From Gemmatimonadales bacterium (GTDB lineage: Bacteria > Gemmatimonadota > Gemmatimonadetes > Gemmatimonadales > GWC2-71-9), in the NCBI GenBank assembly GCA_036006525.1, contig DASYPP010000009.1, positions 37,098 to 101,097 of the forward strand: a DNA stretch of 64,000 nt, given 5' to 3'. Below are positions 48,841 through 57,666 of the stretch, piece after piece (the first letter of the stretch is position 1; the number at the start of each line of letters is the position of its first letter). The position numbers and the translations under genes are program-made. Under the pieces are notes generated by a model, which saw nothing but the letters and a program-made list of their open reading frames with translations, made no database searches and was not told the origin of the DNA.

Positions 48841-48937
48841 GATGTCTGGCTCCGGGCTGGGTTGTGGGATGCAAACCTTGACCCGAAGGCACCGGGCTAG
48901 GTAGCTTCTCGGGCTCATTGGAGGGACATAAGGAACA

Positions 48938-49099
48938 ATGAAACCGTCATATCGGCCGCGCAATCGCCGGCGCATCAATAAGCATGGTTTTCGGGCCCGG
49001 ATGGCAACCCGATGGGGCCGTGCCGTGCTTTCCCGGCGCCGGAAAAAGGGCCGGAAACGGCTTACGGTGTCGTTGCCGACGAAGCACGGGGGTTCCTGA
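48938..49099 (+). CDS. rpmH: 50S ribosomal protein L34
   Basis: 53-aa ORF, below the track size cut-off: [53 protein letters not shown]. The HGFRARMAT...GR.VL.RRR.KGR.RLTV core is shared with E. coli L34. AGGAAC precedes the ATG. Confidence 0.93.
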   Translation: MKPSYRPRNRRRINKHGFRARMATRWGRAVLSRRRKKGRKRLTVSLPTKHGGS

Positions 49100-49449
49100 C
49101 GGGATCAGAGCGCCTGGCACGGGCCAACCGGCTCGGGCGAGCCTCTGAAATCCGCCGCTGCCTGAACGACGGGCGCCGCCATCGAGGCGCGCACCTCGAA
49201 ATAATCTGGACCGAGAACGCAACGGGCCACCCGAGAATGGGACTGATTGTACCCCGGTTCCAGGCATCCGCGGTGGCCCGTAACCGTTTGCGGCGCCGGC
49301 TCAAGGAGATATGGCGCCGGGAAATCCAGTCGCGACAACCCGCGTGGGACGTGCTGGTGCGGGCCCGGGCCGCGGCGTACCAGGCTGATTTCGGGTTGCT
49401 GCGGGACGAATTGCTGGCCTGGCGCGACTTGACCTGTCCGGCGGGTTGA
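49012..49449 (+). CDS. rnpA: ribonuclease P protein component
   Basis: [30 protein letters not shown] matches the RNR motif region of RnpA. The only canonical in-frame start (ATG 49012) lies inside rpmH, so the true start is uncertain (CTG 49096/49114 are alternatives). Confidence 0.8.
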   Translation: MGPCRAFPAPEKGPETAYGVVADEARGFLTGSERLARANRLGRASEIRRCLNDGRRHRGAHLEIIWTENATGHPRMGLIVPRFQASAVARNRLRRRLKEIWRREIQSRQPAWDVLVRARAAAYQADFGLLRDELLAWRDLTCPAG

Positions 49450-49682
49450 TGCTGAAGTGGTTGCTGTTGGTACCACGCCGATTGCTGGCTGCCCTGATCA
49501 GGGCTTATCAGCTGACCATCTCGCCACTGTTGCCTGCGAGTTGCCGCTTCCATCCATCCTGCTCGCAGTACGCACTGGAGGCCGTTCGGAAGTATGGTGC
49601 TGCACGCGGTGGGTGGCTGGGCATCCGGCGGCTGGTCCGCTGCCATCCGTGGAATCCTGGCGGCTTTGACCCTGTTCCCTGA
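49449..49682 (+). CDS. yidD: membrane protein insertion efficiency factor YidD
   Basis: [35 protein letters not shown]...[19 protein letters not shown] junction with the rnpA stop. Confidence 0.9.
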   Translation: MLKWLLLVPRRLLAALIRAYQLTISPLLPASCRFHPSCSQYALEAVRKYGAARGGWLGIRRLVRCHPWNPGGFDPVP

Positions 49683-49694
49683 AGCCAAGTAATC

Positions 49695-51347
49695 ATGGAT
49701 CGACGAGTTCTCTGGGCAGTCGCGTTGATGATCGTGATCGCGGTCGTGCCCTCGGTTTTCATAAAGAGGCCTCCCCGGCCGGTTCCTGCCCAGCAGGCGC
49801 CGGCGTCTGATTCGGCCACCCGCTCCACCGACAGCATTCCCCGCCTGAGCGGCGAGTCGATCGCTCCGGACAGTTCCCTTCAGGGCCACGTCGTCCAGGT
49901 TACGTCTCCCTTATACAGCTACGGCATTTCCACTCAGGGCGGGCGCCTGGTGGACATCACGTTGCCCCGGTACAAGTCCTTCGCCAAGACGGACCCCGGC
50001 AAGACGGTCCAGGTGCTGCTGCCGGAGAGTGACCTCCTCGGCCTCAAGCTCCTGGTCGGCAGCGATACCCTCCGGCTCAATCGCTGGGTCTTTACCCCGT
50101 CCGCCGAAACGCTGACCGCTTCGCCCGCGACCCCGCTGACGCTGACGGCGTCCCGGGGCGGCGTCGACGTGAACCTGACGTATCGTTTCGATCCCGCGAG
50201 CTATCTCTTCACCGTCGAGGGACAGGTAAACGGCCTGGGTCCGAATGGCGCGGTGCTGCTGGTGGGCATGGGGCCGGGGATCCGCAACACCGAGGCCGAT
50301 TCGATCGACAACCTGCGCCAGCTTGCCGTCGTGACCAAGTCCAACGGTGCCACGGCGACCCATTTCTCCAAGCTCAACGCGGGACAGACGACCGCCTTCC
50401 CCGGCCCGTTCGACTGGGTGGCTGTCAAGTCCAAGTACTTCGTCAACGCGATCTTCACGCTCGACACGACTCGAGCCCGGATCAGCGGGGCGACGGCAAC
50501 CCCGCCGGCCACCGCGGGGAAGGCCCCCACCAGGGCGGACATCGAGGTGAGCATGCCGCTCACCGCCGACGGCAAGTTTGGCTACCAGGTGTACGCCGGG
50601 GCGATGGAATACCGCCGCTTGAGCCAGATCGGGCACGACTTCGACGACGTCAACCCCTACGGCTGGCCCGGGTTGCGCACCGTCATTCGCCCGGTCGCCG
50701 TCGCGGTGCGTTCGCTGCTGCTCTGGATGCACGACCATCTCCATCTCGCCTATGGCGTGGTGCTGGTCTGCTTCGGCATCATGATCCGCCTCATTCTCTG
50801 GCCGCTCAACCAGAAGGCCATGCGCTCCAGCATGGCGATGCAGGCGATTCAGCCGATGCTGAAGGAGATCCAGGAGAAGTACAAGAACGAGCCCCAGAAG
50901 CTGCAGCAGGAGATGTTCAAGATCTACAAGGAGCATGGGGTCAATCCGTTCGGCGGCTGCTGGCCGCTGCTGATCCCGATGCCGGTGCTTTTTGCCCTCT
51001 TCTTCGTGTTCGGGAACACAATCGAACTTCGGGGCGAGTCATTTCTCTGGCTTCCTGACCTGTCCCGGCCGGATCCGCACTACATCGTGCCGGTGCTGAT
51101 GGGCCTGTCAATGTTCGTGCTGAGCAAGGTGGGATCCCGGGGGATGCCGCCCAGCCCGCAGACCAAGATGATGATGTACGTCATGCCGGTCATGATGACC
51201 CTGCTGTTCCTCAACTTCGCGTCGGGCCTGAACTTGTACTATGCGGTACAGAACACGGCCAGCATTCCGCAGCAATGGCTGCTGTCGAACGAGCGGCTGC
51301 GCCGCAACATCCAGCCTCCGCCGGCACCTCCGAAGCTGAAAAAGTAG
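49695..51347 (+). CDS. yidC: membrane protein insertase YidC
   Basis: 550 aa: N-terminal TM, large periplasmic domain and conserved C-terminal 5-TM core (LIRLILWPLNQKAMRS...GCWPLLIPMPVLFALF...ASGLNLYY). Confidence 0.95.
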   Translation: MDRRVLWAVALMIVIAVVPSVFIKRPPRPVPAQQAPASDSATRSTDSIPRLSGESIAPDSSLQGHVVQVTSPLYSYGISTQGGRLVDITLPRYKSFAKTDPGKTVQVLLPESDLLGLKLLVGSDTLRLNRWVFTPSAETLTASPATPLTLTASRGGVDVNLTYRFDPASYLFTVEGQVNGLGPNGAVLLVGMGPGIRNTEADSIDNLRQLAVVTKSNGATATHFSKLNAGQTTAFPGPFDWVAVKSKYFVNAIFTLDTTRARISGATATPPATAGKAPTRADIEVSMPLTADGKFGYQVYAGAMEYRRLSQIGHDFDDVNPYGWPGLRTVIRPVAVAVRSLLLWMHDHLHLAYGVVLVCFGIMIRLILWPLNQKAMRSSMAMQAIQPMLKEIQEKYKNEPQKLQQEMFKIYKEHGVNPFGGCWPLLIPMPVLFALFFVFGNTIELRGESFLWLPDLSRPDPHYIVPVLMGLSMFVLSKVGSRGMPPSPQTKMMMYVMPVMMTLLFLNFASGLNLYYAVQNTASIPQQWLLSNERLRRNIQPPPAPPKLKK

Positions 51348-51380
51348 GCGCGCACAGCGTGCGCGCTTAGAATTTCCCTC

Positions 51381-52700
51381 ATGCTTTCCGACCCAATCGC
51401 AGCCCTGGCGACCCCTCCGGGACGCTCGGCGCTCGCCGTCATTCGTCTCTCCGGTGAGGACGCCTTCGCCGTGGCGGCACGGGTGATCGAGGGGTTTGGC
51501 ACCGCCCAGCCCCGCACGCTCCGACTCGCCCGCTTCCTGGATCGTGAAGGATCCGCGATCGACGAGGGACTGTATGCCGCGTTCCCCGCACCGGCGAGCT
51601 ACACGGGAGAGGACCTGGTCGAGCTGACCTGCCACGGGGGCGTGCTGACCCCGTCGGCGGTCCTGGCCTCGTTGTTCGCGGCCGGCGCGCGCCAGGCGGC
51701 CCCCGGCGAATTCACCCGGCGCGCCGTGCTCAATGGAAAACTGGACCTGATCCAGGCCGAGGCGGTGGGAGACCTGGTGGATGCCACTGCGCCCAACCAG
51801 GCCCGGGCCGCCCTCGACCAGCTGGACGGTGCACTCTCCCGGCGGGTGGAGCAGCTGCGCGGCGCCCTGCTCGAGCTGCAGGCCCTGCTCAGCTACGACG
51901 TGGACTTCCCCGAGGAGGATGAGGGCCCGGTGTCGCCCGAGCGCATTGCCAAGGCGCTGGGAGACGCGACAGCCATCACCGAGCGAATGCTACGCACCGC
52001 CCCAGTCGGTCAGCGGCTCCGGGAAGGCGCCCTCGTGGTCATCGCCGGTCGTCCCAACGCCGGCAAGTCTTCACTCTTCAATGCGTTGCTCGGCAGCAGT
52101 CGCACCCTGGTGAGCGAGGTTCCCGGCACCACCCGCGACACGGTCGAGGCCTTCACCGAGTTCGAAGGATGGCCGATCCGGCTGGCAGACACGGCCGGGA
52201 TCGGCGAATTCGAAAACCCGGTCGACCGGCTCGGCGTCGAGGTGAGCCATCGCTACCTCGAAGCCGCCGACCTGGTTCTGCTCTGTGTGGAGGCTGGGGG
52301 CGCGCTGGATCCACGCGAGCGGGAGTGGGTCAACCGGGGAGCAGTCCTGCTCGGCACCAAGTGCGACCTGGGCGGTGGGAACGGGGGGATCCCGGTCTCT
52401 GTGATGACGGGGGAGGGATTGGACCTGATTCGTCGGGAAGTCGCCAGCCGGGTCTTCCAGCAGGGAGCAGCGCTGGCGGAGCTCGAACCGGCGCTTACCC
52501 GCGAGCGGCACCGGGACCGGCTGGGCGTTGCCCACGAACAACTGCTCGCCGCGGCGGAGCAGTTGCCACCTCGGGGTGACCCGGTGCTGGTTTCGCACCA
52601 CGTCCAGGCAGCGACCGAGGCTTTAGACGAACTGATCGGTGTAGTGGATGTGGAAGTGGTGCTGGATCGGGTCTTTGCGAACTTTTGTATTGGGAAGTAG
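51381..52700 (+). CDS. mnmE: tRNA modification GTPase MnmE/TrmE
   Basis: GRPNAGKSSLFNAL G1, DTAG G3 and the C-terminal CIGK motif. Confidence 0.95.
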   Translation: MLSDPIAALATPPGRSALAVIRLSGEDAFAVAARVIEGFGTAQPRTLRLARFLDREGSAIDEGLYAAFPAPASYTGEDLVELTCHGGVLTPSAVLASLFAAGARQAAPGEFTRRAVLNGKLDLIQAEAVGDLVDATAPNQARAALDQLDGALSRRVEQLRGALLELQALLSYDVDFPEEDEGPVSPERIAKALGDATAITERMLRTAPVGQRLREGALVVIAGRPNAGKSSLFNALLGSSRTLVSEVPGTTRDTVEAFTEFEGWPIRLADTAGIGEFENPVDRLGVEVSHRYLEAADLVLLCVEAGGALDPREREWVNRGAVLLGTKCDLGGGNGGIPVSVMTGEGLDLIRREVASRVFQQGAALAELEPALTRERHRDRLGVAHEQLLAAAEQLPPRGDPVLVSHHVQAATEALDELIGVVDVEVVLDRVFANFCIGK

Positions 52701-52711
52701 GGGCGCGATGC

Positions 52712-52747
52712 AGTAGGGTGCGCTGCAGCGCACCCCTACTCTTTTTT
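52712..52747 (+). terminator. intrinsic terminator of mnmE (overlaps the 3' end of the convergent CDGSH gene)
   Basis: AGTAGGGTGCGC-TGCA-GCGCACCCCTACT hairpin followed by CTTTTTTG. Confidence 0.75.
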
Positions 52748-52951
52748 GTGGCTGCCATCGCAAAATGGCTTGTTGGCCGAGCGGCCGCAGCCGCACAGCT
52801 TGATGACGCCGGGCTGCTTGAATGTCGGAATGATCAGTGGATTGCCTTCAACATCCTCGATCCGGGCCGCGCCATGGATCACGATGGTTCCCTTGGGCTT
52901 GACCGTGATCAGGATGGGGCCTGGGATCTGTTCGGGAGGGGAGTCGCTCAT
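52736..52951 (-). CDS. CDGSH iron-sulfur domain-containing protein
   Basis: 71 aa ending in [21 protein letters not shown], the C-x-C-x2-(S/T)-x3-P-x-C-D-G-(S/A/T)-H signature. Confidence 0.85.
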   Translation of the reverse strand: MSDSPPEQIPGPILITVKPKGTIVIHGAARIEDVEGNPLIIPTFKQPGVIKLCGCGRSANKPFCDGSHKKE

Positions 52952-52988
52952 GGTTCCAATGTAACCGCCGGGCGGTCTGAGACCGCCC

Positions 52989-53981
52989 CTATGCGGTCTG
53001 GATACCGCTGGCGGCTTCTTCTGCTACCTGGAAGTCCCTGGCTGGAGCCCGCACCGCCTCCGCAATACCACGCTCTCCCACTAATGCTTCCGTCATCCGG
53101 AATCCCAGGTAGTATCCCGACCGTTCCGGGAGGACCCGTCCATTGACCAGGCGCGCGCCCGGACTCATGCCGCCGGACAGGTAGCGGAGCCGGAGACCCA
53201 GCCCACTTCGTTCCAGGTCAGGCCGGGCCGACCGGCGGAGGAACGCTTCCAGCTCCCGCAACCGGTTGTACTGCCGCTTGGGATAGCCGAAATAGTTGGC
53301 GGGAATGAATCCCGGAGCGATGGCCTGCGAGGCATGGATGGCCACGCCTTCATTCACCAGCAGCTCGCGGAGAGTGGCGCGGCTACCGGTGACCCAGTAA
53401 TCGTAGGACATCCCGGCTTCGGCCACCAGACGACGCATTTCGCTGCTGCTGGTTGGCGAGGTATAGCGCACCAGGTGGGCGCACTCGTGCGCGATCCATA
53501 TGGGGATCTGGTCCGCCGTGAGGCCCAGGCCGTAGGTCTGCGGATTGGCCCGGCCGGTAAAGTGTTCCAGGCAAATGAACAGGACGCCCCGCCCGTTGAC
53601 GACAAGCTCGCCGGCGTTGGCGGCGCCCATACCCACCATGACGTAACAGTCTACCGGCCGGTCCATCCCCAGGACTTCCTGGGAGCGCGCCAGCGCCTCT
53701 TCCACGATCTCCACCACGTCGACCGAGGCAATCAGCGCCCACAGGTCGCTCCGGTCGGCGCGAAGCGATTGCGCAATAATCTCGGCAGCCGGGGGACTGT
53801 CGAGATCCATGACATAGTTATGCCAGTAGGCTTGGAGGACTGCGCGGTGATTGTCGAGGTAGCGGGTGTAAGCCTTCTCGCGATCGGAGGCCTCGAGGAC
53901 TGCAAGAAATTCCGGGAGGAGATTGATCAGCACGGGGGACAATATCGAAACTTCTGAAGCCGGCGCAAGACGGCTTGACAA
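52989..53981 (-). CDS. putative zinc metallopeptidase (HExxH), DUF2268-like
   Basis: 330 aa with HECAH inside [13 protein letters not shown]. No signal peptide seen. The family assignment is from memory and tentative. Confidence 0.5.
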   Translation of the reverse strand: MSSRLAPASEVSILSPVLINLLPEFLAVLEASDREKAYTRYLDNHRAVLQAYWHNYVMDLDSPPAAEIIAQSLRADRSDLWALIASVDVVEIVEEALARSQEVLGMDRPVDCYVMVGMGAANAGELVVNGRGVLFICLEHFTGRANPQTYGLGLTADQIPIWIAHECAHLVRYTSPTSSSEMRRLVAEAGMSYDYWVTGSRATLRELLVNEGVAIHASQAIAPGFIPANYFGYPKRQYNRLRELEAFLRRSARPDLERSGLGLRLRYLSGGMSPGARLVNGRVLPERSGYYLGFRMTEALVGERGIAEAVRAPARDFQVAEEAASGIQTA

Positions 53982-54001
53982 CGCGGTGTTTTCGTTAGCG
54001 G

Positions 54002-54850
54002 CTAGAAATCAGAATTCTTCTGTCGATTGCGGGCAAAGTCGTCGAGGAAGCGGCGCTCCTCCGGCGTGAGACTGGTGAGGCCCTTGGCGTTGATCTTGTC
54101 CAGCACGCGGTCCAGTTCTACGGCGAGAGGATTCTCGGGGGGACGGACCGGCGGCCGGGCGTGGGGCAACTGGTGCTCGGCCTCCCCGGTCGAAGATTGC
54201 ACCATCACCACGCGCTCCGCCTCCCGTTGTGGCTGGATCGGCGCCCGCTGGGAAAGGGCCTGGATCCTGAAAAAGAGGTAGCCCGAGAGCATACCGCCCA
54301 GGTGGGCCAGGTGGGCGACCTGTCCCCACCGGCTGTTCCACAGCACCAGGCTGGCAAAGGCCGCCACGCCGGCCATGATGATGACCACGGTACGGGCCCG
54401 GATGGGGACCGGGAAAATCATCACCTCGGCATCGGGCCAGTACATCGCAAAGGCGAGAGCGACACCGAGCACGGCGCCGGACGCTCCCAGGAAGGGCGGC
54501 ACGGTGCCGGGCAGGAGGGCGGAGAGGCCGAGCGAGAAGACCGCCGCGCCCAGGCCGCAGTAGAGGTAGTAGAACAGGAAGGCCTTGCTCCCCATTCGCT
54601 GCTCTACCGCGCCGCCGAAGAAGTAGAGCACCAGCATGTTCACGGCGAGGTGGATCATCCCGCCGTGGACAAACATGTAGGTCAGCAGGGTCCAGGGACG
54701 ACTCACCACCGCATCGGGCAAGGGGGTGAACCTGAGCGCACCCGTGACCTTCGCCGACGTGAGCACCGTCGCCAGCAGCAGCGCGATGATCACGTTGGCC
54801 GCCATGAGACGGCCTACCCAGCGAGTCATTCGGGGAAACACGACGCTCAT
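54002..54850 (-). CDS. rhomboid family intramembrane serine protease
   Basis: 6 TM helices, GASGAVLG catalytic Ser motif and HLAHLGG catalytic His. The ATG at 54850 forms an ATGA overlap with the ddl stop; the track ORF to 55072 is over-extended. Confidence 0.85.
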   Translation of the reverse strand: MSVVFPRMTRWVGRLMAANVIIALLLATVLTSAKVTGALRFTPLPDAVVSRPWTLLTYMFVHGGMIHLAVNMLVLYFFGGAVEQRMGSKAFLFYYLYCGLGAAVFSLGLSALLPGTVPPFLGASGAVLGVALAFAMYWPDAEVMIFPVPIRARTVVIIMAGVAAFASLVLWNSRWGQVAHLAHLGGMLSGYLFFRIQALSQRAPIQPQREAERVVMVQSSTGEAEHQLPHARPPVRPPENPLAVELDRVLDKINAKGLTSLTPEERRFLDDFARNRQKNSDF

Positions 54851-55854
54851 CCTGCCTCCGGCAAAGCCGCCATACAGATCCGATGACACAACTCCGGGAA
54901 CCCGATGCCCGCTGCCCGGCCCGCCTGAGGCAACAAGCTGGTGGCCGTCATCCCGGGCAGGGTATTGGCCTCGAGACAGAGCAGCCGGCCGTCCGGATGC
55001 AGGCGAAAATCGACCCGGCTGTACCCGCCCAGCTTCAGCACCCGGTGGGCTGAAAGCCCCAACTGTTGACACCGTACCGCCACATCCGGGGACAGTTTTG
55101 CGGGGAACAGTTCCTCAGACATGCCTGGCGTGTACTTACACTCATAATCGAAAATCTCGTGCCGGGGAATAATCTCCCCCACCGGAAGTGCCTCGTCCCC
55201 CAGGATACCCACGGTAAGCTCCCGCCCGGGGATGAAGGATTCCAGCATCACCTCGTCATCATACCGGTAGGCAAGTTCCACGGCGGCGTCGAACCCGGAG
55301 GGCTCCTTGACCAGGGTGAGGCCGACTGTGGAACCCTGCTTCGAAGGTTTCACCACCAGGGGCCAGCCCAGTTTGGCACCGGCTTCGGAAGCTCCTGCCG
55401 GCGCCATCAGCCAGTCGGCCGTCTCCACACCGGACGCCCGGAACAATTGCTTCGACACATCCTTGTCCATCGCGAGGCCGCTGCCGAGCGGACCGCTGCC
55501 GGTGTAGGGAACCCCCAGGACATTGAGGATGGTCTGGACCGTTCCGTCCTCGCCGCGGCCGCCGTGCAGGGCCAGAAAAAGCACGTCGGCGTCGCGGACC
55601 ACCGCCAGGTCCCTGAGGCCGGAGAGCAGGAATCCCTGCTCCAGGATGGCGAGATCCTCCAGCGAGGGCGGTGCGCTCCCGACCCGGGCCGGCAACAGCG
55701 AGCGCTCGTCCTTCTCCGGAATGTATCCCCGCGCCGTGTCGACCGCCGCGACCTGGTGCCCATACTCCCGCAATGCCCCGATCACCTGCACCGCCGTCGC
55801 CAGCGCGACGTCGCGCTCCGTCGAAGTGCCACCGGTGAGGACGGTAACGTGCAA
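54847..55854 (-). CDS. ddl: D-alanine--D-alanine ligase
   Basis: MHVTVLTGGTSTERDVAL, LHGGRGEDGTVQ, ATP-grasp core and EANTLPGMT. Confidence 0.93.
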   Translation of the reverse strand: MHVTVLTGGTSTERDVALATAVQVIGALREYGHQVAAVDTARGYIPEKDERSLLPARVGSAPPSLEDLAILEQGFLLSGLRDLAVVRDADVLFLALHGGRGEDGTVQTILNVLGVPYTGSGPLGSGLAMDKDVSKQLFRASGVETADWLMAPAGASEAGAKLGWPLVVKPSKQGSTVGLTLVKEPSGFDAAVELAYRYDDEVMLESFIPGRELTVGILGDEALPVGEIIPRHEIFDYECKYTPGMSEELFPAKLSPDVAVRCQQLGLSAHRVLKLGGYSRVDFRLHPDGRLLCLEANTLPGMTATSLLPQAGRAAGIGFPELCHRICMAALPEAG

Positions 55855-55867
55855 GATGGCCCCCTGC

Positions 55868-57253
55868 TTACCGCGTGGAGATCATGTGCCGGAGGACATC
55901 GTACCGGCTGACGATACCAACAATCTTCCCCTTGCTCTCGACCAGCGCCGCGGGACTCTCCCTGGTCAGCATCGCGGCCAGCCGGTCGGTCGTCTGGGAG
56001 ACTTCCACCACCGGGAACGGCGGATCCATGACCTCGCGGACCGGGTGGTCGAGCAGGGCGGGCTGATCCAGCGCCCGGGTCATGAGCGTTGCCTCGGTAA
56101 GTCCGCCGACGCAGTTATCGCCGTCCATGACCGGGATCTGGCTCACCTCATAGGTAGACATGAGATTCAACGCCTGGCGCACCATGGCAGACGGTGCCAG
56201 GCTCACCAGCGCCGGCGCTCCGGCTTCGCGGCGGGCCAGCAGGTCGGCGACGGTGGGCCGGGGCAGGTCCATCATCTGGTTTTCCCGCATCCACTCGTCG
56301 TTGAAGACCTTGGAGAGATAGCGCTCGCCGCGGTCGCAGATCAGGGTCACGATGAGGGCGTTGGGATCGTTCAGCTCGCGCCCGACCTGGCAGGCGAGCG
56401 CGATGTTCAATCCGGATGACCCGCCGCCCAGGATCCCTTCCTCCCGGGCCAGCCGCCGGGTCATGGCGAACGCATCGCGATCGGCCAACTGGCGGAACTC
56501 GTCGATGTAGTCGAACCACAGGGTGGATGGAATCTTGTCGCCGCCGATTCCCTCCACCTTGTAAGGATGCCCGTCGCCCATGGTCTTGGTGCGGGAATAA
56601 CCGGTGTAGAGCGACCCGACCGGGTCGCCGGCGATGACCCTGATGGACGGCTTCTTTTCCTTCAGGTACTTCCCCGCCCCGCTGATGGTGCCGCCGGTGC
56701 CCGCGCCCAGCACAAAATGGGTAATCCTGCCGCCGGTCTGTTCCCAGATTTCGGGCCCGGTGGACGCGTAGTGGGCTTCGGGGTTGACCTGGTTGTAGAA
56801 CTGGTTGGCGAGGACGGCGCCCGGCGTGTCGTGCACGATCTGCTTCGCCTTCATCACGTAGTAATCGGGGTGGTCGGGCGGCACCGCGGTCGGGACGATT
56901 ACGACTTCGGCGCCGAACGCCTTCAGCAGCCGGACCTTCTCCTGCGACATCTTGTCGGGCATGGTGAAAATGCAACGATAGCCCTTGATCACCGCGGCCA
57001 TCGCGAGCCCGATGCCGGTGTTGCCGGAGGTGCCCTCGACGATGGTTCCTCCCGGCTTCAACTCGCCCGATCTCTCGGCCGCTTCCACGATCGCCAGTCC
57101 GATCCGGTCCTTGAGCGAGCCGCCCGGGTTGACGGTCTCATCCTTGGCGTAGATCGGAGTCTTGATTCCCGCCCCGATCCGGGCCAGCCGGATCAGCGGG
57201 GTTCCGCCGATGGTCTGGAGAATCGAATCCACCGGGGGCGGGACGTTCTTCAT
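55868..57253 (-). CDS. cystathionine beta-synthase-like PLP enzyme (cysteine synthase fold + tandem CBS domains)
   Basis: NPGGSLKDR PLP-lysine motif, GTSGNTGIGLA and GTGGTISG, then two CBS repeats. The ATG at 57253 overlaps the TonB_C gene stop (ATGA). Confidence 0.85.
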   Translation of the reverse strand: MKNVPPPVDSILQTIGGTPLIRLARIGAGIKTPIYAKDETVNPGGSLKDRIGLAIVEAAERSGELKPGGTIVEGTSGNTGIGLAMAAVIKGYRCIFTMPDKMSQEKVRLLKAFGAEVVIVPTAVPPDHPDYYVMKAKQIVHDTPGAVLANQFYNQVNPEAHYASTGPEIWEQTGGRITHFVLGAGTGGTISGAGKYLKEKKPSIRVIAGDPVGSLYTGYSRTKTMGDGHPYKVEGIGGDKIPSTLWFDYIDEFRQLADRDAFAMTRRLAREEGILGGGSSGLNIALACQVGRELNDPNALIVTLICDRGERYLSKVFNDEWMRENQMMDLPRPTVADLLARREAGAPALVSLAPSAMVRQALNLMSTYEVSQIPVMDGDNCVGGLTEATLMTRALDQPALLDHPVREVMDPPFPVVEVSQTTDRLAAMLTRESPAALVESKGKIVGIVSRYDVLRHMISTR

Positions 57254-57666
57254 GGAGTGCTGGCTCCGCCGGCGGGTGGCTTCCTGAAGTGCACTGGCTG
57301 GGTGAACGTCATGGCGACCGGGCGGCCGTCCCGCTGGGCGGGAGAGAAGTGCATCTTCGGTACCCCGGCCACCGCGGCCGAATCGAACGCCGGGTAGCCG
57401 CTCGACTCCGCGACCTGGGTCGATTCTCTCGCCACCGTGCCCTTCTCGTCCACGAACAACCGCAACGTAACGGTGCCCTCGATCCCCTGCTGGTAGAGCG
57501 CCGGCGGATACTCCACCAGCGGTTCCGGATCCAGCGCTACCGGCGCGTCGTCCCGGTTGGCGCTCGGCGTGGCGGGGTCCTGGCTCTGCCGATCCCGCCC
57601 GCAGGCGGCCACGAAGCCGCAGAGGATAAGACCGATCCACAGATTCCGCAGATTCCACGGCATCAC
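57250..57666 (-). CDS. TonB C-terminal domain lipoprotein
   Basis: Lipobox FVAAC, Pro-rich linker and TonB_C fold sequence (EYPPALYQQGIEGTVTLRLFVDEKGTV...PAFDSAAVAGV...FSPA). Confidence 0.75.
   Translation of the reverse strand: MMPWNLRNLWIGLILCGFVAACGRDRQSQDPATPSANRDDAPVALDPEPLVEYPPALYQQGIEGTVTLRLFVDEKGTVARESTQVAESSGYPAFDSAAVAGVPKMHFSPAQRDGRPVAMTFTQPVHFRKPPAGGASTP

Noticed and set aside
48841-48978. 46-codon N-terminal extension of the glycosidase-like ORF (track 47500..48978).
   Set aside because: It would run through the rpmH promoter and overlap the rpmH start. The internal ATG at 48840 yields a proper lipoprotein signal peptide.
52970-52988. GGGCGGTC-TGA-GACCGCCC hairpin between the HExxH gene and the CDGSH gene.
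   Set aside because: It has a perfect 8-bp stem but no U-tract on the minus strand. It may be an attenuator or RNA stabiliser, but the evidence is insufficient to call a terminator.
57254-57658. 135-codon N-terminal extension of the CBS-like ORF (track 55868..57658).
   Set aside because: The extension is Arg/Gly-rich with no similarity to anything. It overlaps the TonB_C lipoprotein gene, which has real domain features in another frame. The ATG at 57253 gives the normal MKNVPPPVDSIL N-terminus.
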